Under the pieces are notes generated by a model, which was not told where the DNA came from, did not search any database, and saw only the letters and a program-made list of their open reading frames with translations. 64,000 nt of DNA from Geosiphon pyriformis uo1 (taxonomy: Eukaryota; Fungi; Glomeromycota). Both the position numbers and the translations under genes were made by a program. This document shows, one piece after another, positions 51,216 to 63,260 of the stretch. The first letter of the stretch is position 1. Each line of letters starts with the position of its first letter. The stretch lies in NCBI GenBank assembly GCA_016748015.1, contig JAAOMT010000295.1:1302001-1366000 (forward strand), written 5' to 3'.

Positions 51216-54200
51216 TCAGATCGTTTGTGATATTTCTTAAGTTGCATGCTATGAACAGAGCAATCATTGAAGATTGTTTTATATTGATCTTGTAAGATAT
51301 AAGAACCATTGTTCAAAACTTTGTTGACTATAAAAGGTCTTTTCCACCAGCTAGAGAATTTATCACCATAGACATTGTCTCTGTCTGAATGGTATTCTAA
51401 AACTAAGTCACCAATACTTAAGGAAAGTGTTTTATATGTTTTTTTTTTCTTAAGCTTCTCTTGGAACTGTTTTATTTTTTCAAAGGCAATTATACGTGCT
51501 TCTACCAATGAGTCAAGAATAATACCAAGTCTTTTTTGCAAAATGTCTTTGTAATTCTCTATTGTTATTTCTTCAAAGGGTATTGTCTCAATGTTAGTTT
51601 CTATTGGTAGTGTTGTCATTCGTCCATAAAGTAGATAAAAGGGTTCATAACTTATTATGTCATGATTCACAGTTCTATAAGCAAACAAAGCTAAAGGCAG
51701 TACTTTGTTCCATAAGTTTGTTTTTTTACTTGTTTTGGCTAGAGTTTTATACAGTGTTCTATTAAAACGTTCTATTAGGCCATTTGTTTGTGGGTGATAA
51801 AGGAAAGAAAGTTTGTGACGTATTCCTATTTTTCTACAAAGTTCTTCAACCAGTGTACTGAAAAAAGCTCTTTCTTTATCAAATAATAGTTTTTTGAGGC
51901 AGCCATGGCAACAAATAATATCTTCATAAATGAAATTGGCTATTGAGACTGCTGTTTGATCTGGGGTGGCTCTTGCTTCTACCCACTTTGTAAGATAGTC
52001 AGTAGCTGTGATAATATATTTGTTGCCATCAAGAGTTACTGTTAAAGATCCAACAACATTTATACCAATTCTGTCAAATGGTTAACCAACAGAGATTGGA
52101 TGGATATCTTCTTTGTGATTGGGTTTTCCTTTTCTTTGGCAGGTATTGCAGATTTTAATGTATTCAGCAATGTCTTTTTCCAAGATAGGTCAATAATAAC
52201 AAACTAGCATTTTCTGAATTGTTTTTGTTTTTCCAAAGTGTCTAGCTAATGGATCAGTATGCATGTTGTAGATCACAATTTTTTTTTTTTCAAATCTAAT
52301 GACTTTTTGGAGGTGGTCAGGATCTTTTCTATTTCTTTTGTAAAGTTGGTTCTGGTGGATCAAATAGAAATTTGATTGTTTGCGCAATTGTTCTCTTTGT
52401 TGTCATGTGTATTTTGGTGGGTATTTTTCTTTACCCAAAAATTCCATTAAGGCAGAGTAGTTGTCCAAGTCCATTATTGTGTTTTGTTGTGGGGGAAGTT
52501 ACTAATAATTAGGTTGATTTGGTTTGAGAAGGTTTATTGTCACTGGATGGTAAGTCTGGAAAGAGTGTTGGTGTTTTGATGATAAGCTCCTTTGCAATGT
52601 TGTATATCATAGTCAAATTCATCCAGATGGAGTATCCAGCAAGCTATCCATTTGTGTTCCAGCTTCTTTTTGTTGTGCAGCCAAACCAAGGCTTGGTAAT
52701 CTGTTATCACCAAAAACTTCACACCTAGAAGATACTTGCTCTAGTAGCTGGTAGACCAAACTACTGCTAAGCATTTTTGCTCAGTGACTGAGTAGTTCTG
52801 TTTTGCTGGGGAAAGGGTTCTACTGGCATAGACTATGGCATGTTTCTTGCCATTTTTATCTTTCTGAGATAGGACAGTGCCAAGTTCAAAGCCAGATGCA
52901 TTAGTGTAGAGAATAAAAGGTCGATCTAAATCAGGTTGCTTGAGAATGGGTTCTGTAACCAGTTTTTCCTTCAAAGTTTCAAAGACTTTTTGCTGATGTG
53001 TGCCCCAGTGGTAATTGACATTTTTCCTAAGTAACTGATTGAGAAGAGAGGCGATTTTGGAGAAATCCTTGACAAATTTGTAATAATAAGAAGCCAAACT
53101 GAGGAAAGAGCATAGTTCATAAATGTTCATTGGTTGTTTGATGTTTTAGACTTTTTCAACTTTGGCTGGGTTAGGGAAGATTCCATCTTTTGTGATAAGA
53201 TAACCAAGAAACTGGGTGAATTGTCTTCCAAAGAAAGATTTGATTGGGTTGATCTTAAGGCCAGTATTTCTGAGGAGATCAAAAACCTTTTGCAAATATT
53301 CTAGGTGTTCATCTCAGGTTTTTGAGTATACCATTATGTCATCTAAATAGACTAGAACAAAGTTTTCTTTGACTGATTCAAACACTTTATCCATTAGGCA
53401 TTGAAAGATGGGAGGGGAATTGGTGAGACCAAAAGGCATGACTGTGAATTCATAGATGCCATACTTGGTGATAAAGATGGTTTTCTTTTTGCTTTCTGGC
53501 TCCATCTCTACTTGCCAGAATCCAGCAGTTAAATCAATGATTGAAAAGAAAGCAGCATCTTTAAATTGATCTAACATTGCATCAATCTTGGGAAGTAGAT
53601 ACATGTCTCTTTCAGTGATGGCATTTAATTGGTGGTAGTCAACACAGAAGTGTAGAGTTCCACTTTTTTTGAATACCACTACAACTGGAAAAGCCCATTC
53701 ACTCTTGGTTTCTTGTATGAATCCAAGTTTTTTCATCTGGTTTATCTCTTTCTTGATAAACTCATTATTGTGCCAATTGAATTGATATGGCTTCAAATGG
53801 ATGGGATGAATTTCTCTATTGGTGATGGTATGTTGTATCACATAGGTACATCCAGAGGTATCATCTTCTTTTGAGATAACTGGGCTATTTCTAGCCAGCA
53901 GATTTTCAATGTTTATTTTTCTTTCTTTTGGAGAGAGTTTTTTTTGTTCTACAACTAGTGATTGGATCTTGGTGGTTCATTTTCAAAGGACTTTTGTACT
54001 TTTTTCAATTTTTCTCTGGATATCAAACTGATTGGTTCCCAATCTTTGTAATAGATCAGACATGATTTGCATTCATCACTTGGAAAATACAAGGGTTTGT
54101 TGCACCAGCATCTGGCACAAGGACCATGCCACCAAAAACTGTATTTGGCTTTCTTGCCAGGTTTTTTTTCAAAGGTTCTTCTAAGGATATCATAATAAAG

Positions 54201-54900
54201 CCAGCAGATCAGCTTGCTATTTACAATGATTCCTTCTTTGTCTGCTTTAATATTGTCCAGTGGTTTGTCATTGCTGGTGAAGGTGGTATAGGCGAGTTCA
54301 GCTGTTTCTTTTTGCTCTTCTTGTTCTTTTTTTTTATCACTATCTTCATCATCTTCATTATCTGATTGTTCTTTTTCTTGGTTCTGTTTGGGTATTGGGG
54401 GAGTTGTCTAATGGCGGTACTTAACCACAATGGGTTTTTCACCACATCTGATGGTTAATTCACAAAGTTCATAATCAAGCAAAGCTTTTGCTTTCTTGAG
54501 CCATTCATTGCCAACAATGATAGTATATTCCTTGGCTTCAGAAACTTCCATGTCAGTTTCAATGCTGATTCCATTGATGCAGACAGGAATAGCTTTGGCA
54601 ATACCCAGTTCTTTTTTTTTGTCACCATATACATTGGTCATTGGTCTGATAGAAGGTTCATTAATTTTTCTACCAATTGCTTCTAAGAAGTGTTTGGCAA
54701 TGACACTAACAGATGATTTACTGTCTAAGATTAAGTCAATGAAGTATTCAGCCACTTGGGCTTTACAAATCAGAGGGGTAACATTGCTGTTGTCAACAAG
54801 TCCAGTTTGGCGAGGGTGCTTGTTGGTTTTTGGTGTCTTCTTCTTTGGAATCAAGGATTTGTGAAGATCTTTCCTGAACTGTGGGTAGGTCATTAACTGG
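51161..54900 (-). pseudogene. pol of element A (protease about 54410-54890, RT about 53100-53850, RNase H about 52540-52950, integrase about 51161-52470), disrupted
   Basis: LILDSKS (DSG decayed), CVDYHQLN, MPFGLTNSP, VYLDDIMVYS, YASRTLSPA, HTDPLARHFG, PFYLLYGR; split across several ORFs. Confidence 0.93.
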
Positions 54901-55219
54901 CCAAAGGTAATATGTGCTGGGGTTTCTATGAAATCTTTGACAACGGAATAGGGTCCAGATTTTTGTACAATTTCTAGGGGTTCTAACTTTGGAGGATTCT
55001 TAAAAACTTTAGCCTTTGGTGGGTTATTGTTATCAGTGGCAGAAGTTAAGGCTTTGTTGAGGTCTAGAACGAAATCAACCTTGGCTTTTTTCTTCTTTCT
55101 GGTTGGTTCTGAGATGTTGATTGCTAGTTCATCTATGTCATGGTCATTATCAGTTAAGTTAAAAGTGTAAAAGAGGTTTTCTTCTGATTGGCTTGTACTC
55201 TCACCCTTTGGAGATGCGC

Positions 55220-56776
55220 TTACCAGTTTAAAGGCTGATAAACAGTGGCTTCAACTAGAAGATCCTCTTTAAAGAAATTGATGTTGGCATGATTGGGTCT
55301 TTGATTGGAGACATTATTGTTGTTGTTTGGTTTATTGTTTTGGTTGTTATTGTTTCTGAAAGCTGGAAGAGGCAGTGGAAGATTGTTACAATCTCTTGAA
55401 TAATGTTCAGTTAATCTACAATGATAGCACACAAGTGGGCCATGATTTTGCTGTCTTTGATAGGGAGGTTGCTGGGGCTGGATAAAACGAAGTTCATATT
55501 TAGGTCTTGGTGGTTGCTGGTTATCTCTGACTGCTTGTGCCAACAGTTCTAATAACCAGGCAAGGTTAGCTGTGAGTTTATCTATTAATTGTTCATTTGG
55601 GTCTTTGGTTTGGGCAGCAAAAGAAGTAGTAGCTATTTGAAGAGCAGGGGCCATAACAGAAGCAGGAGTAAAAACTGGAAGTGTGGATCCCAGATGCATC
55701 CTTTGGTTATCTTCAATTCTTTGGGTGAGTTCAATAGTCATGTCTATTGTAGGGTTGTCTTTCAGAGCCAAGAGAGGCCAAAGAGCATAAGATAAGTCAG
55801 TTCTCAATCTTTTTGTAAAGAAATGAATTTTTTGTTCTTCTGTCCAGTTTCTTCTAGAGTCTACTTGCTTGATTAACTTTCTGATTGCTTTGGCATATTT
55901 GGTTACAACTTCACCAGGATCTTGGGTTCTTCTTTCTAATTCTATGTGCCACTTGGATATCAAGATTGGAGTTCTGAACTTGTTTTCAAACCAGGTTGTG
56001 AAAGAGATGTTGTTTTCTTCAGCATTTGCTGACATCCATCTAATAATTCTTTGATGGGCATTAGCATCAGTTTCCTGTGAGAACCAGGTAGCAGGAGAGC
56101 CTTGGAGGTAGCCACCAACAATTTGAAACTTGTACTCATCATCATATTGGTTGGCTGTAGCAGCTCTCTCAAAGTTATCCAACCATTCAATTGGATCTTG
56201 GGCATCACCTTTGAATAATGGTAATGGGGTGTTGTTTCTTCATCCTAAAGCAGTCTGTATACTTTGGAGAGCAATCAGAATGTTTTGTTGCAGAGGGTCT
56301 TGAGCCATTGGTTCAGGTGTAATTGTTTGTGTGGAGTGTTCTAATTTACTTGAAAAAAGATCAAAAACAGGAGCAGTTTGATAGCTTTCTTCTTCTGTTT
56401 CAAGAGGAGTTTCTGTTGATTGATGAGCAGCAATCCAAATGTGGATTTGATGATTTAGATATTCAAAATTAGGGGGCTGTTGTTCAAAGGTTGCAGAATA
56501 TAAAAGCTGATTGATACTGTTGTTTCTTCCTTCAAAGTTGTTTTCAAAATAAGCTTGGTCAAAGTAATAGATTGTATAAGCTGTGTAGGTTTCAGCTAAA
56601 TGCTTGTTTAAGAACCAGTTCCAAAAGTCTTGGAATTGTCTGCTGGATTGTTCTTCAATGGGAAAGCAAATCAAGCAGGAAAGCAAAGAATTGAGTTCAA
56701 TAAAGTCTAGATCATTTTTGTTGTGTGCTTTAAAGTGTTCTTCTGATTGTTGTGGCAGGTATAAATAATCACCCAT
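55220..56776 (-). pseudogene. gag of element A with long N-terminal extension; one internal TGA at 56240-56242
   Basis: ORFs 56240-56776 and 55220-56182 are in the same frame, separated only by a TGA (GGA TGA AGA, plausibly CGA>TGA). Capsid-like F.G...DP.EWL..FE motif and zinc knuckle CYHC....H...DC. Confidence 0.88.
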
Positions 56777-56812
56777 ACAATAGAAAACAAAGTGGATTTT
56801 GACAACTTTACA

Positions 56813-56822
56813 GGAAGCACCA
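56813..56822 (-). promoter_or_regulatory. Primer-binding site of element A (TGGTGCTTCC)
   Basis: Begins with TGG 6 nt after the 5' LTR and is complementary to a tRNA ending GGAAGCA-CCA (recalled for a Thr tRNA in yeast; unverified here). Confidence 0.65.
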
Positions 56823-56828
56823 CTTTTA

Positions 56829-57565
56829 TGTTATGGGTTAGAGTAACAAGCTAATGGATAGCAAGGAAGAACAGGATTGTAGAGTAATGGAAATAATCAA
56901 AGGGAATTCAACTTCAAAGAGCAAATTAAATGAGTAAGGATTCAATGTGCGAGATTAGTCTCATAAAATATCTTAGTTGCTATTCTTTTCAAGGATAACC
57001 GGAGAATCTGAAGGTAGAGGGATAGTCCATACTATCAACAATTAATCACTGCTGGTATTAATTCTATGCCTTCACTTTGGCACTCTTAGAATTCAATATT
57101 AGGTATCAATTTGTGCTCTTCAGTCACGTTTATACAAATAGTCTTCAAATACTACAATTATTCAAACAGAAAAAGGCCAACAAATAATTTTTTATCCTAA
57201 GATGTTCGGATACTTGAAGATAAGAAAAGAGAAATTAGCGATAAGAAAGTGATTAAGATGAAATTGTTATTTTATTTATTTGATTCTTGTCTGAGAAATG
57301 ATTTTCTATAGCTAAGAGACTCATTACTTATATATCTGTTGAAAGTGATCAACAACCAGGTCAATGACTAGGTCAATGATTAGGTCAATAATTAAATCAA
57401 TGATTAAGTCATTAATCAAGTCAATAATCAGGTCAATGATTAGGTCAACAGTCAGGTTATTGATCAGGTCAATGATCACTATCTAAAAATAGAATGGCTA
57501 ATTATATGACATCAATGGCTAATACATGTAATAACTAATAAAAATTATGGATTTCAATCATAACA
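56829..57565 (-). repeat. 5' LTR of element A (737 bp, 10 x 12-bp units)
   Basis: TGTTAT...ATAACA ends; TATA-like ATATATAAG on the minus strand at 57327-57335, just downstream of the 12-mer array. Confidence 0.93.
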
Positions 57566-60500
57566 ATATAACTATATAAAATAATTAGTATAGAATTGGT
57601 TATTCTACTTATAAGTTCAGCAGTTCAAATTATAGAGAATAATTTAAAAATAAATTCAGTTATCAGAGATTCAATTGCTTATAAAAAACATAAATTAACA
57701 GCAAACAGACATTAACAACATTCAAAAAAAGAAACCAAAAATTTCTGGTAATATTTGGTGTTCTTTTATGAATTAATACAGCAACAACAACTTCAAAGTA
57801 ATGACCATACTTAACATAATAACTTTAAAGTACTATTAATTAATTTATATTCACTGTAAACAAAGATTTAACATTCAAAATAGAATTAAAGTTTTTAAGA
57901 AATTATTATACCAATATATTAAAAACTGTGTTAACAATTATTTTTTTGAAAATTATAACATTTCAGAAGTTAGAGACAACTTTTATGAAAACTTAATACA
58001 TTATTTTTGCTTAGAAACAAAAGACTTTAATATTAAAACACTTGACATTTATTTTTAAGAACTCAACTTTAATATTATTTAATATTGTAAAGAAAAATAC
58101 TTAATACAATCTTAATATTTTTTAAACATAAAATTAGAGCTTAAAAATAACAACAACAAAAAACAAAAACAAAAACAAAACTCAAAAACAATCCACAACA
58201 CACTAAAAATAACTGCTAAATACTTATAAACATTTGAAAAAAGAATTAATATCGGATTATTATTCTTTATTATATCATATCTAATTTTATTTGCTCAACT
58301 GCAAACACCCAATTTATTTTTTATCTTGTTTTTGACTCTGAAAAATTTTATCTTACCAAAAAGCCCAACACAACAGCCTGAACAAACTTTTATTAGCACA
58401 AACTTTTTTAACTTTCTAACAAAAAATCAAAGTAACTACTCTGACAACAATAAAAACACTTCTGAATTTACTGAGAAAAAAACTGTTGAAAACAAAAATA
58501 CAGAAAAAATGGCAATTACTTATATCACAAAAATTATTGAATTTACTAGAAAAAATGCAGACACCAGTCCACAAAAATAGTTCAACAAAATTCAGAAAGC
58601 AGGAAATGCAAATAGATAAAATACAGCAATAATATTAAAAATAATTCTTTATTTTCTTCAAAAAACTACAAACAAATAGTTAAAAAACTTAAATGTATTC
58701 TTTGGAATCTAAAAAGCATTCAAAGATGCTTTTCTGAAACAATTTACCAACAACAATACCTTTATTATTCTTTGAAACTAATTTTAAATATCAAACAAAA
58801 ATTCTTTGAATTTGTTATAACCTATTTTAAGAAATTTAACAAACTTTTCTAACAATTTAACAATTAAAAACCAATAAATATTACCCTAATTCTTAAATTT
58901 TGGACCAATTTATAGCCAAATTAAAAAATAAATTAATCAAAAAAGTTTGTTTTTATGACTTAACAAACTTAATTACAGCTATTTGACATATAAAAAACTA
59001 TAAAATAACAATAAAAGAAACAAATTACACCAAATTTGTTAACCTTACAATTGACAAAACCAGCTTAATAGCTAAAGAGAAAATTGATTAACTTGCAAAA
59101 AAAGTTGAAAACTATTTTACCAACCAATAACAATAGCAATAACAAAGATATCAGCCATTCTAAAAATACAATCAAAATAATTTTTTATTATTATCAAACA
59201 ACCAATCTCAAAGCTGTTATTATTGTGGAATTTTGAAACACTAAAAACAAGATTGCTGAAAAATACAAAGAGATCAACAATCAAAAAACAATTAATATTA
59301 TTTCCAATCTTAGCAATTTTACTATCAATTTCTACTACTAACTTATTATTTACCAAGATCTTAATATTGAAACAATTACTATTCATCTGTTTTACAACCT
59401 ATTTAACAACAATATTTATAACTACCAGTTCAGCAATATTAAGTATTTGTTCAAAAATTAATTTAGCAAAACCAATTCACACTTTAAAATTAATTTGCAA
59501 CAAACAATAACGGATTCAATTCCAATAACTAATTAGTTTTTCAAAATCTAGCTCAACAAAAACCCAATTATTATTATATACAATCTAGCTATTTCACAAT
59601 ACCAAAAAAATCAGATTTCTAGTAAATAGTACTTTCTGAAAATAAAGCTGCAGTTTCAAGATAAAACTCTTTTAGTAATACTATTTTATCAGCTCAAATT
59701 GCCTTAAATACCAATCTTTCCAATATCTTTCTATTTAAATTCAAAGCCAATGAATAATTATTCTTATTCAGTAATGTAGCAATTATAAAACAAAAGACAA
59801 TTACAGCAATATACACTAAAGTTAAAATTAAAGAGAAACCAATTCAGTTAATCTTAGACAGTAAATCTATTAAAAACATTATTATTTACTAGTTAATACA
59901 ACAGCTATAATGAAATATTAACAGATTTGCTCAAACAGTCATTATTATAATAGATAATATAAAAAACACCAGTAGAAGAAATTGACAATTTTTTATTTAC
60001 CATTGATGGAATCATTATTCTAATTAAAATTTTTGTTATGAATACATTCTAATACTAAGATTTTGTCAAAAATAATTGACTCCTTAAAGCCAATGCAAAC
60101 TTAGATTAGGAAATCCAAGAACTCAAAATCTTATACCAAAGACAATATATCAGAGTACTTGCTATTTGTTAAAAAAAGTCTCTGTGTTTGAATTTGAAAA
60201 AGAAAAAAAATGCCAATTATCGAAACTTATATAGCTTTTGAATCAACATTTAATTAGACCAAAGAAACAGAACAAAAATTTTTCGAAGAAACTAATAGTT
60301 AAAACAAAGTTTAATATTCTAAACCAGAACTATAAAAACAATAATCTTATATTCTACATAAATGTAAAGACTACAACAAAAAGCTTTTATTAATAGAAAC
60401 TTGTATATTACCAAAAAAATACAAAACATGTACTTGCTATTACTATAAGACTTACTACTAAAAACAATTTAAATATCCCAAATAAAATGAGTAATAGAAC

Positions 60501-61119
60501 AACATTTTTTGTTTTACATATAGAGAACTACTACTAAAAGAATACAATTAAATTGATCTTATAATAAAAAAAAGAGTTTGTGATTAGACCTGTTAATATG
60601 TCTTATCAATTGCAAAAAAAGTTTGCAGAAAAATTTTTTTTAATACAGCATATAATAATGCTTTAAACAAATTCTATTATTATTTATATAATGCAAAAAT
60701 AATTTATAAACTGACTATAGTTTTGATTAATAGAAAAATCCAAAAAGACATTTACCAAATGAAAAAAGTTGAATACATTAAATACACTTTTGAAATCGCT
60801 AAATACAACTACAAAGATAAAGTAAAAGTATATTACCAAATTGCAAACCACACTTATCTGACCAAAAAAGCTCAAATTTATTGATTAGAGCAAATAAACA
60901 TTTAACTATGCAAAAAATGTGCCATGTCTTGTAATAACCAATAATGTTTGGAATGTTATGCTCTTAGTATTCTTTTGTCCAGTAAAAATGACAAGTACAA
61001 AATCGAATTTAGAAAATCTAAGTCAGAAGAAAAAATTACAACAATTTCAATTAATTTTACTAAAAATTAGCCTGCCATGCAATTCAAGTATTTTGACAAT
61101 AATAGTCAAAATACCAAGC

Positions 61120-61515
61120 CAAAAAAAGCTCATAAAAATAATACAATATATGATTTATAATATCTAAGAAAAGATACTTTGATTCTCTAACCTAAGTTCT
61201 TAACAAAAATTAATCTCAGAATTGCTCTTAAAATACTACCAAAAGTAATAATTTAAATTACTTTTCAATTATTTTTGGCCAGCAAAAAAATCAATATTAA
61301 AGGAAAAATTATAGATGCAGAATACACTAAAGATATTACAATCATGCTACAAAATAAAATTAATAAACTATTTAAGATTAAACATGCTAAAAAAATTGTT
61401 CAAGTAATTTACTTACTTTTAATTAACATTTTGGATTTATAATCAGTTAATTAAAGAAAACAATTAGACAAAAGTAATAGAAAAACTCAAAGTTTTGATT
61501 CAACTGAACAGTTTA
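61120..61515 (+). pseudogene. dUTPase domain inside pol of Gypsy element B (decayed)
   Basis: All five trimeric dUTPase motifs appear in order and in one frame in decayed form: KAH...IYDL (AGYDL), FQLF (SRSS), GKIIDAEYTK (GxIDxxYxG), KIVQ (RIAQ), RKTQSFDSTE (RGxxGFGSTG). Confidence 0.8.
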
Positions 61516-62302
61516 TAGTTCCAGTAAATATAGCTCTTAATACACAAAAAGAATCTTATCAGATTCTTTGATTTTTTTAACCAATTACCATTTTATCTTT
61601 TAGAAAACATTATGAAATTTACATTCACCCAAAACCAACTACCATCCAACAAATTATTGAATCAAATAAACAGATTTGTTTAACAAATAAATCTTAATTT
61701 TAAACATTTATATTTCAAAAAAAATGAAAAAATTCTGAATTACATTTTATAATTCCAACAAACATTCCATTATTTTATTAAATAGATTAAAAATTAAAAT
61801 CATACATAGCAATATCTTCCAGAATGAAATCTTTCAAACTGTTTATAATTTTATTAAAATCGTAAATTATACACTATTTCCAAATTCAAACATTATTTCT
61901 AGTACCAAAAACTATTATATTATAGAGAAAAAACTTTTTCAAATCAATATGGGTCTCTTAAAATCCCAACAACAAAAAAAATTGAAAAAATTAATTGTTG
62001 AATATGCTAATATATTCATCAAAGACAATAATAATCTCAAAAAAACTAATATTGTGCAACATTAAATTCACACAAAAAATGTTCTATCAAAAGACTAACA
62101 AGTCTATCAAGTTTTACTTGCCAGCCACCAATTCATAAAAAAAAAGTGCAATAAATGCTTAACAAAAGTTTTATACAATCATCAAAAAATCTCTGAACTT
62201 TATTAGTGGTCTTTTTTAAAAAAAAAATAAGAAAATCAGATTTTATGTAAATTATTGTCAACTAAATAGTATTACAATTAGAGATGTTTATTCACTTCCA
62301 AG

Positions 62303-63260
62303 TAGAGTTTTAATGTTTGGTCTGATTTGGTTTGAGTTTGATTAAACTACTGAATTGAATTGAATTCAAACAGAAAATTTGACAAAATTTCAAACTTGAA
62401 CTCAAACCAGACTTAAAATTATCAAACTTAAATTAAATCCAAACATATACAACAAGTCTGGTTCAAGTTTGGTTCGAAGTTTATAAATATGTTATAAAAT
62501 TTTTTATTATTAACATTAATAGCAGTTATTACAAAAAACTAAAGCAGTTTTCTAGTTAAATTGGCCAAAAATCATAAAAAAAATAACAATTTTACCTGTT
62601 AAAACATTTCTTAAATTAACTTGCAATTTTTCTGGTTATTTTGTTTTTTTTATAATATTTTCTTATTGTAACATATAATGTTTAGTAAAAAGTTTCTAAA
62701 TAGCACTATAAGAATTTGAGAATGCCCAAAGTTTTACCAAAAAATGATTTATGTACATATTTTGAGACTGTATATTTAGCTGTTTTTTTTTTATTCATTT
62801 AAATTTATCAAAATAGTCTTATACTTCAATATAAAAACTATATTTACTAAATATATTAATATTTGAACTATTTGGATTATCAAATTTTATTATTTCGAAT
62901 TTTGAATCTTTAGTAACATTGAATAATGCCAACAATAAATTTATTTTGGTAAGTTAAAAAGTAGAATTTTTTACATATATATTTTTATATACCTCTTTAA
63001 CTGATTATAATAATTAAACAAAATAATAATTAATAAACAAATAGTACAAGTTATATTTTTTTTTAATTTCATTGAACTTGAACAAGTTTATAAACTTCAA
63101 ACCAAATTCAAATTAAACTCAAACTTATTAAAAAAGTTTAATATTAAACTCAAACCAAACCTACTTTGAAAAATTGGTTTAGTTTAAATTTAGTTTATAA
63201 TTTAAACCAAACTTAAACAACACCTAAAGTTTGGTTTGGTTTGGTTTGATCAAAACTCTA
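62303..63260. mobile_element. Non-autonomous hAT-type DNA transposon (MITE, 958 bp) inserted in the RT of element B
   Basis: 12-bp TIRs TAGAGTTTTAAT / ATCAAAACTCTA (1 mismatch). 8-bp TSD CTTCCAAG (62295-62302) vs TTTTCAAA (63261-63268), differing only by transitions. Subterminal TTTGG/CCAAA repeats. Removing it restores the RT motif YSLPRID. Confidence 0.85.

Larger units (their letters stand above)
49805..57565 (-). mobile_element. Full-length but inactivated Ty3/Gypsy LTR retrotransposon A
   Basis: Two LTRs, 4-bp TSD ATAT (49801-49804 and 57566-57569), PBS and PPT present. Domain order is gag (CCHC knuckle)-PR-RT (YLDD)-RNase H-integrase (HHCC, GPF-like), which is Gypsy order. Many stops and frameshifts. 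Confidence 0.95.

Noticed and set aside
52470-52545. Integrase apparently in a separate frame with its own ATG after RNase H
   Set aside because: The stops (TGA, TAA) fit CGA/CAA decay and the frameshift lies by homopolymer runs; it cannot be told from degeneration with one copy.
56240-56242. Programmed stop-codon readthrough in gag
   Set aside because: More simply a CGA>TGA transition, given the pervasive CpG decay.
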